From positions 1 to 38,424 of the IMG/VR virus record IMGVR_UViG_3300031519_000075: DNA of 38,424 nt; one strand, 5' to 3'. Positions 8,767 to 17,300 of the stretch are shown here, one piece after another (position 1 is the stretch's first letter; the number at the start of each line of letters is the position of its first letter). The stretch is from a virus. Its lineage: Duplodnaviria; Caudoviricetes. Below the pieces are notes generated by a model. The model was given only the letters and a program-made list of their open reading frames with translations, ran no database searches and was not told where the DNA came from. Position numbers and translations under genes: made by a program.

Positions 8767-9690
8767 TTATCCTATTAAATATCCGCACCAGAAACTATGA
8801 TTGCCATGATGTCTACCTTGATTTCCACCTAGGTACGGAGCAGGAGTAACATACTGTCCTGCATTTAAGTAACGCACATATGTTGTCATGATTCCCGGTG
8901 CATGGTTATTTCTTAGTCCATGAGCGTACATTTGGTGATTAGTTCTGCCACTAGGTAGTTCTGCTGTTGTGCCGTTACGTGCAATGTGAAAGTGTGTATA
9001 TCCATTAGTATTGTTGGCATCACTGTACCAGTATGTTTGTAGATAACAATAATAATATCCAGCAATTGGAACTGTAACTCGACAGTTATTAGAAGTAGTA
9101 ATGCCGCCCTGTGTACTATAATTCCAGGCCATATTATCAAGTTCTCGCCAACCTGGGCCACCGTAACTATTTGAGTATCTCCAACCACCTTTGCCGCTTG
9201 CTTGCCAGGCCGGAGTATTACTCTGCGTTGGTCTTCCTGATGTGTCAAATGCTAGCCTGTCAGTACCTGATTCTCTAATGCTTATGTTTTGTCCATTTAT
9301 ATGTACGCCACTATTAGTATTTGAATTATTAGAAATTGTAGTACCATTAGCAACTATTAGTTGTCCAGTTATACTATCACCGGCAGTGTTTACTGGAGTA
9401 TAACCTACGTTCGCAACTGTTGCACCTGATTCTAATTGTGTTCCTGATATTGCACTATTAGCAAAGTCATTGCTTATAATAGGCCTATAAGTCACTGTCT
9501 TTCCTGATATATCTAATGTACTTGCAAGTTTACCACTAGTTACTGCGCCACCGGCAATCTTATCACTAGTAACTTGCGTGCCACCTATCTTTCCTGCCGA
9601 CACAGCTCCTGTTCCAATATCAGCTGCTGTTAAACTAGCATCTACTATTGATTCAGAATTAATCTTTTTAAAAGTACTATAATTAGCCAT
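8767..9690 (-). CDS. C1q-domain fibre/receptor-binding protein (paralogue 2)
   Basis: Same architecture: PAWQA...RVTVPIAGYYY...YLNAGQYV...WCGYLIG. Confidence 0.8.
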   Translation of the reverse strand: MANYSTFKKINSESIVDASLTAADIGTGAVSAGKIGGTQVTSDKIAGGAVTSGKLASTLDISGKTVTYRPIISNDFANSAISGTQLESGATVANVGYTPVNTAGDSITGQLIVANGTTISNNSNTNSGVHINGQNISIRESGTDRLAFDTSGRPTQSNTPAWQASGKGGWRYSNSYGGPGWRELDNMAWNYSTQGGITTSNNCRVTVPIAGYYYCYLQTYWYSDANNTNGYTHFHIARNGTTAELPSGRTNHQMYAHGLRNNHAPGIMTTYVRYLNAGQYVTPAPYLGGNQGRHHGNHSFWCGYLIG

Positions 9691-9693
9691 GTA

Positions 9694-10641
9694 TTATCCT
9701 ATTAATTGTCCGCTGAATATTTGATGTCCTGCGTGATGCCTTGAGTTAGTCGAATGCCACCTAATACATAAACTTACATATTGTCCTGAATTTAAGTATT
9801 GTATACTGCTGTAAGATGCTCCATCATCGTAATTGTTTGAGTTACCGTGCATGTTTATATTATAGGGTATACGGCCACTTGGAGTAGTGTTAACGCTACC
9901 GTTTTTTCTAAAGAATGTATGTATGTAACTGTTAGTACCATTACTTTGGTTAAGTAAATACCACATAGTTGAGAAGTGATAGTATCCGCTTACTGGTGCA
10001 GTGTATCTGCCATTACTAGTATTAAAGTTTGAGCCGCCGTATTGATGTGCAACATTCCAGTTCATAATACTGTTAAGCTCTCGATCGCCTGTACCGCCAT
10101 AACTATTTGAATATAACCACCCTGGCTGGCCTACCGCAGAGAACGCTGGTTTCTGGGGGAAACTAGTTCTACCAGTAGAATCAATCTGCATAGCATCACT
10201 TCCGTTAACAGAAATTCTTGCTTGGTTAGCACTAAAGTAGATTCCAGTATTAGCATCACTGCCTCTAATAGACGGAGCACTAGCACTACCTGCTGTTACA
10301 GCAAGGCGACCAGTCATTGCATTTGAACCTGCTGAGTTAAGTGGAGTATATCCTAAATTTACTTCAGCAGCACCAGCAGCTAATTTAGCTCCGGCGATAT
10401 TTGCAGAGCCTGATACGTCAGCATTAGTTATTGCACGATATGTTATGTTCTTAGTAGATAGATCAACTGCAGACGCTAGTTGAGTGCCGGATACTGAACC
10501 GTCAGCAAGTTTACCACTAGTTACTGCGCCAGTAGCTAGTTCATCACTTGCAACGGCTCCGTTAGCTAAGTCTACCCCAGCTACTGCTCCGTCTACTATA
10601 GCTAATCGATCTATCTTCTTAAAACTATTATAATCTGACAT
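9694..10641 (-). CDS. C1q-domain fibre/receptor-binding protein (paralogue 1)
   Basis: PAFSA...NFNTSNGRYTAPVSGYYHF...YLNSGQYV...FSGQLIG. AAAGGA SD upstream. Confidence 0.82.
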   Translation of the reverse strand: MSDYNSFKKIDRLAIVDGAVAGVDLANGAVASDELATGAVTSGKLADGSVSGTQLASAVDLSTKNITYRAITNADVSGSANIAGAKLAAGAAEVNLGYTPLNSAGSNAMTGRLAVTAGSASAPSIRGSDANTGIYFSANQARISVNGSDAMQIDSTGRTSFPQKPAFSAVGQPGWLYSNSYGGTGDRELNSIMNWNVAHQYGGSNFNTSNGRYTAPVSGYYHFSTMWYLLNQSNGTNSYIHTFFRKNGSVNTTPSGRIPYNINMHGNSNNYDDGASYSSIQYLNSGQYVSLCIRWHSTNSRHHAGHQIFSGQLIG

Positions 10642-10658
10642 ATTTGTTTTCCTTTACC

Positions 10659-11000
10659 TTAGATGGTAAATAATCTCCAGCCTTTAGTACTATTGTAGTA
10701 CACTAATTCAAAAGCTGCACCTTCAGTGTTAACTGTCATATTTTCATTTGTACCCATAATCGGATTACCATTTCTGTCAATGATTAAGTTATTTGTATCA
10801 AACGTTAATTCTACATCAAATATTCTAACAATATCTCCCATTGTCGGTGCTGCTGGTAGTGTCATTGTTACTTGTGCAGCAGACGTATTAACAAAGTATG
10901 TTTTATTAGAGTCTGCATCAATTGCTTCGGTTGCCTCAACGCTAGGCATCTTAACAAAGTTTGGTGTGGGTTTGACCCCGGTTGAAATTATTCTAGCCAT
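10659..11000 (-). CDS. Small virion protein with a T4 gp9/gp10-like fibre-attachment domain
   Basis: The YFVNTS...TLPAAP..GD.V.I.D....F..NNL.I.RNG..I.G...ELVY...GW pattern is typical of myophage baseplate/fibre proteins. Confidence 0.6.
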   Translation of the reverse strand: MARIISTGVKPTPNFVKMPSVEATEAIDADSNKTYFVNTSAAQVTMTLPAAPTMGDIVRIFDVELTFDTNNLIIDRNGNPIMGTNENMTVNTEGAAFELVYYNSTKGWRLFTI

Positions 11001-11017
11001 ATTTTAGCTCCTATACA

Positions 11018-11024
11018 TATTTAT
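11018..11024 (-). promoter_or_regulatory. Late promoter-like motif (G)ATAAATA
   Basis: Intergenic, upstream of the AGGAG SD and ATG 11000. Confidence 0.65.
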
Positions 11025-11027
11025 CTT

Positions 11028-11348
11028 TTACGAAGTTGCTGTTTCTAAGCCAAACACTTGCGCACCACAACCTAAACTATCAGCGTATACTACAATATTT
11101 TTTGTAGCATCTAGCACAATACCAGTTCTTTCTAGAACTCCCTTTGCAAGAATTTCAACATCGTATTCAATGTATTCTTGAGGGTCTGGTGTACCTGTTG
11201 CTGATAGTGCAACTCTAACTGTCCTTGGCGCTGACGACCTGTTACATATGTTTAGTGTTACTACACTAAATGTATCTGCAGGAACAGTGTACAATGTTTC
11301 CAATGTTGTTCCTGCTTGATCTAATACGCCTAAAATTCCATTTGCCAT
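11028..11348 (-). CDS. Small virion structural protein (family shared with 25937-26266 and 36075-36431)
   Basis: LYTVPA...V..NICN and ERTGIVLDA pattern; about 110-aa beta-rich protein. Confidence 0.65.
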   Translation of the reverse strand: MANGILGVLDQAGTTLETLYTVPADTFSVVTLNICNRSSAPRTVRVALSATGTPDPQEYIEYDVEILAKGVLERTGIVLDATKNIVVYADSLGCGAQVFGLETATS

Positions 11349-11364
11349 TTCTTTTTCTCCGTTC

Positions 11365-14300
11365 TTATCTTAAGAAATAATTATATGCTAGTGGTTTTCC
11401 AAGTACTGCGCCTTGGAAGTTAACATTAGCTTTAATATTTATCAGCGAACCGCTGACTGTTGTAATTTGTGTTCCGTTAACAAAAATGTCGCCAGCTGTT
11501 ACACTGTTAACAATAAGTGATGCGCCACCGCCACCAATTTGTGCTTCGATGTATGCTTTAATAGCACGTTGTGTAGGCACAACATTATCGCTATTTGCAG
11601 TAAAGAACGGGTCTGTACTAAACTCAGTTACACTTGCTGAGTTACCACCTAGTGTAACTTCACCTAGTGACAATTCTTGTAGTCCAGCAATGTTAAACGC
11701 TTCAGCATTTAGTGTTGCAACACCAGTTGCTTGCTCAATACTAAACAAGTCGCCAACTTTAAAGTTACCGTCTTGGTCTGTACTTGTAAAGAACACACGT
11801 CCGCCTGCTGAATCCACAGTTTCGTTTGTTTGTACTGGATTGTTAACAGGAGTTCCTGGATAGTTTGTATCAGCAGTGTTGCCAGTACCAACATCTAAGA
11901 AATCATGTCCTGTTAATCTCACTTGTGAGAATCTAATACGCATTGTTACTGGATCTTGATCACCAACTGCGTCTTCAATTTCCATAGGTGGACTAACTTG
12001 TAAAAATGCTGTTTTGTCACCGTCTATTGTACCAACTAAACTTACTGTATTAACAAGCTTAAACACTTGATTTGGCAAGCTGTCGAATACAATGTTTGAA
12101 CCGTTTACTGGTGTAGCACTTAATTGTCTAACTGCAACAAACTGTCCGTCTTGTAGGAAGTTTGCACTACCGTTACTCTCATCAGCATCAACTTCTGCTG
12201 TTGCAGTAATGAAACTTGAACCTCTATTAACAAACGTTGGTTGTCCTAACACTCCGTCATTCATTCTAATAGTAAATAATACATCATCAATGTTGTTTGG
12301 ATCAGTAATTGCTATTGTAGGAGTTGTAGCACCGTATCCTGAACCAGGATCAGTAATTCTAACTTCAAACAATTTGCCATTTGCTACTCCTGAACGACCT
12401 TTTGTAGTTGCGCCAATTTTAGCATTTAATATATTTGTTGTTGTTACACCTGCTGTATATTCAATTGCAACAAATTTTGGATTTCTATTATCATTACCAA
12501 ACGCTATTCCTTCTAGTCCAGCAGTATATGTGTCTGACAATGTATATCCACCAGCTGGCCAATAAACGCCGTCTTCTGAATAGCTAACTTGGTTAGTATC
12601 GTCTGTAGTAACAACAAACATACCTTGTCCGTATGCGATATCTCTAACAGTAGATGAAACCAGTGCAGTAGCTACTGCTGTAAATGATTTGCCGTCTAAA
12701 CTGTAAGCAATATTATTTGAGTTAGCTGCTACTGCAACAAATCTACCGTTACCAAATACAACTTTTGTCCAATTAGTAGTAGCAGGCAAGCCTGTAAGAA
12801 CTTCAGTCCACGTAATACCGTCTGCGGACCATGCCATTGCTTGGCTTCCAGATTTAAGTGCAACAAATAATCCTGCACCGTAGGTAACAGTATTATAACC
12901 AGTTGCTGGTAACGCATCTGTTGTAACTGTTAAACTTACTCCGCCGTTGTCTGAATACGCAACGTTTCGACTACCATTGCCTATTACTATAAATCTAGAT
13001 ACTGATGTTGCAATTTGACCAAAGGCTACATCTGACTCTGTACTACCGCCACTGAATGGACTACTTACACCTGACCAAGCAAGTGTATCTGCAGAGTAGT
13101 TAACAACAACGTTACCGCCGTTTGTGCCAACTGCAACAGCATAACTTTGTGCAAATGTAGTTGTACCATCATCAATAGCACCACTATCTATGTTGTGCCA
13201 GGAAGCAGCCGAAGCTAGTGTTTCGGCTACCCAAGTTGTACCATCATAACTTCCTGCACCTGAGAGGCCAGGTAGCCTTGGAAGAGTTACAAATCTACCC
13301 TTTCTGCCAATACCTGAGTTATCAAACGCAGTTATTGCTCCTGTGTCAGCATTTACCGCAGTAACAGTAATAATAAGATCGTTTGTAGTATCAACGCCGC
13401 CAATAAGCGATCCTGCTACTGTAACAGTATCTAATCTAGTATAACCAGTACCTACTGCGTTTACAGTTACATAATATTTTTCACCATTTCTAGTAACATC
13501 AAATGTTGCTCCACTACCGTCACTTTGTGTAGTAACAGCTACGCCAGTATATTGTGCTGATGTTTCAACATAATCTATTCTACTGTAAGTACCACTAGTA
13601 ATAGTTTCTTTACTGTTTGTCTTTGCTGGAGCAGTAAATGCAGCTCTAGGCTCAATTAAGTAACTTGAAGAACTATTTGCAGATACTATTGTAGTGCCCG
13701 GAACAACGTGGTCCCAACCTGATGTTCCGTCAGTTTCTTTAATAATTGCAGCAAGCTTAGTACCTGAGTTATATGTATTAACTATACCAAACTGTCCTAC
13801 ACCTGCGCCACTAATAATATATAATTTCATACCAACATATGCTGTTGATAAATTACCATCAGTTGCAGCAAGAGTAATACTATTAACTGTTCCGCCCTGT
13901 GCTGTGTTTGTAGCTACAAGATATCCTGATCCGCCTGCTGTTGCATCTGGGTTGCCAGTCGAGTCATCAACTTCGATAACTCTTATTTGGTTAACTGCTT
14001 CGTCTCTAAAATCTTCCTGTACTAGTATTTCACTATCACCTGCTCCGAAGATATTTATTGTAGCTTCAGTATAATCATTACCTGCGTGTGAGTACTCTAC
14101 TTGTAAAATGTTGTCAATGCCATCTGTAAACACATTACTTATAACACCGTTATATTGTAATCTGTTATCAACAACAGCAGTAATTGCGGTTTCGTCTGGA
14201 TCAACGCCTTCTGCTACGCCACCGAATGTACCGTACGAGTTGTTGCCGTTAGTACCGCGTATACGTCCGCCGTCTTCTGCTAGATAACCAATATGTGAAT

Positions 14301-17300
14301 AGTATGTAAACACAGACACAAGTTCTGCTCTACCATTGTTAGTAATCCAGGCTCCGATACCGTCACTAATAACTTGTGTAAAGTCGTTTGACACCATTGA
14401 GTCGTTGCCGCCGTTGTGTAATGCACCATCAATTTTTTGTCCAATAGCTGCAAAACCAAACGTTGTACAGTTTTGTACGTATGGAGAACGTGCAGTGATC
14501 CAAGCTCTTGAATCGTCTGGTCCCCAACCCGGATCTAGTGATGCATATGCACCTGCTGTTGGTCGACTTGTTCCATATGCATTTGCTGGACTTAAATCAC
14601 CGCGTAAGCCGTCTAGCGTTTGTAAGCGCACACCAGTACCATTACGTAAGTAATAGAAGTCTTCTTCTTGCGAGCCAATTACACTATTAACATAATAACG
14701 TGCTGCTAATGGTGTTCTATAGAATCCTGGTAAGTGAATAGTAATAGTTTCTACAGTACCAGCAGCACTTGTTCTAGTGTAAATACGCTCCCAAGTTTGT
14801 GGCCATTGTAAATCCCATTTCATTGCATCAACATATTCTCGTAGATCTCTTGCACACAATGCTCTGTTATATACATACGCTTTTTCTACAACAAATCCTT
14901 CGCCATACTCAGTAAAGACTGTTGCAGTGCCGTACTGATTGTCAGCAATTTTAAATGCTGTTGCACTAGTAATGTCACTTACATAATATGTCGCACTTTC
15001 TAATAAGTTAGCATTGTTAACAGCATCAGTAGAGTCACCTGCATCTTCGTCATTATAAAACTTAATAGGCATGCCTATTGATAACCACGAAGTATCTGCA
15101 ATTGATAATGTGTTGTCATTAATGTCTATACCAGATACTCTATCTTTAAAGTGATTGTCTACATGATTTAACACTTCTTGAACTATAAACTCTTTGTTTA
15201 GTTCTAGTTGTCTAATTCCGTTCCAAACTTCTTGATCTGCAACTGCATTAGTACCGCCTTCATTACTGCCACTCCAGATTGCGTCTTCGACCCATTCCCA
15301 AGTAGTGTTAACGCCAGCAATAGCAGTTGCGTTGCCTAGCTCTGCAACAAGTAACTGTCTTGCATATTCGTTTGCTGCAATAGTTGCAGTTTTCTGATTG
15401 CCAACAATTTTCTTACTTGGCGCTCTTAGATAACTTAATGCAGCCTGTATGCCTGCAAAGTTTGTATCTAATAGTGTGTCAAATTCAGCAGCATCAAGTA
15501 TAATACCTAAATCTCTAGAACACTTAGCGTGATCATAAACAAATGTATTGTAAGTAGTTGTAATGTACTGTATAGCGGTATTAACTACTTGAGTTTTATC
15601 ACTAGCCATGTCACTAAACGCTACTTCATATTCAGCATCTGCCCAAGTAATACTCGGGAATGTTACTGTCGGCAAGCTATTTAAGTTGCCAGCAGTAATA
15701 ACATCTTCAATGATTTGCATGTTGCTATCAATAGCAGTTGCTTCAGTTCCTGATGCCGGAGTGCCCGGAGTAGTTTGGTTTTCAGCATTTCCTGCTGACT
15801 TTGTCACTGACGATTCTTGTACAACTTCTGACAATACTGTTGCTAGTCTAGCATATGCAGCAGCAGTCTGAGCTGTTTGTCCTGCTGGATATACTGTTGT
15901 ATTAGTAAAATAAGACTGTGCAATTCTTGTTGTAGCTTGTGTTCCGCCGTACAAAACATCGTAACACATTGCGTCTACAATAAATCCAACATCTCTAGCA
16001 CACTTAGTACTATCGTAATCAAAGGTATACCAAATACTACCTGCGTTACCTGTGTTTGCAGCTATTTGCACTTGAATCCAAGCTATAATTTCAGCTTCGA
16101 TAAATGTCTTATTTGCAATTAAGTTATCTTTAGCGTCAACTCTATTTTGATCGACGCCTACAGGAGATGGAAATGTTAGCGCAGTTGCACTGCCTGCTCC
16201 ATTATTAATAATATTAACAACTTCGTTAAATGCAGTTGATATTCTTGCTGACGCATTACTGCTACCAGTTGCTGAAGAACCATCAGTAGTTACACTTATC
16301 TTTAAACTGTCTCTAGCACTTCTAATAGAACCAACAGTTTCAATTCTTTGCGCACTTATATTGTAAGCATTAATTGGACGCTGATATGCTAAGCCGCTAA
16401 ACACTCCGTTATAGTTAGTACCTAATGCAACATCAAATGATAGATCATCAATAAGCAAGCCTAGGTCTCTGCGACACTTTGCACTCTTATATGTAAATGA
16501 CCCAAAGTTTTCATTAATAAAGTCAATAGTTTTTTCTTGTATTACTGATAGACTTTGCTTTACATTTACAAAATCTGCTTTAACTGCCGCAGATGCTGCT
16601 ACTGTACTTGGATAAGTTCTAGCTACAGTTCCTGTACCACTAGTAATAATACTAATAATGTTTAGCATTAAATCTCTAGCAACGTTACCGGCTGCTTCAG
16701 TTCCGCCAACACCGTTAACCTGAGTAACTGTTGATTGATATGTCGGCGTTACTGTGATATTTCTACCAACAGTTTGTACTAGATCTTTTAAGTAGCCATA
16801 TGCAGCAAGTGTTGCTAATTTTTCACTACTATTAATCTGTAAGTTAGTGCCTTCATAATATGCTTCACCTGCTTTAACTGACATCCAGTTTCCGCCGTAT
16901 GTTAAGTCATATGCTATAGCATCAATAATAAACCCAGTATCTTGTTTACACTTTGTTCTACTATATTTTAAGTTAGGATATTGATTAGTTATATATCCAA
17001 TTAATTCTTCTTGAATAAACGCTTTATTAAGAAGATTAATATCTCTTACTCTTCCAAGTTGTAGATCAGCTAATTCATAGGCTGGTTTAAGTGACGCTTC
17101 GACTTTAGTTCCTAAGCCAATATCAATCTTTCTTCTAATATTTCTTGCAAGTTTCTTCGCAGCAGGTGCAACTGTAGTAGTTTCTGCATACGGCCAAGTT
17201 TGATTTTGATCTTCTGTATTTCCAGTTTCAGGAGTAACAGTTGTTCCGTCTACAATATCACCAATAACAGTTTCTAAGTGCTTAATACCTTCGTATGTAT

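Noticed and set aside
5742-9403. Short alternative-frame ORFs within the halogenase and C1q genes (5742-6002, 6954-7136, 7974-8201, 8039-8245, 8913-9248, 9191-9403)
   Set aside because: They are nested in well-supported genes and show no coding signals or RiPP-precursor-like features.
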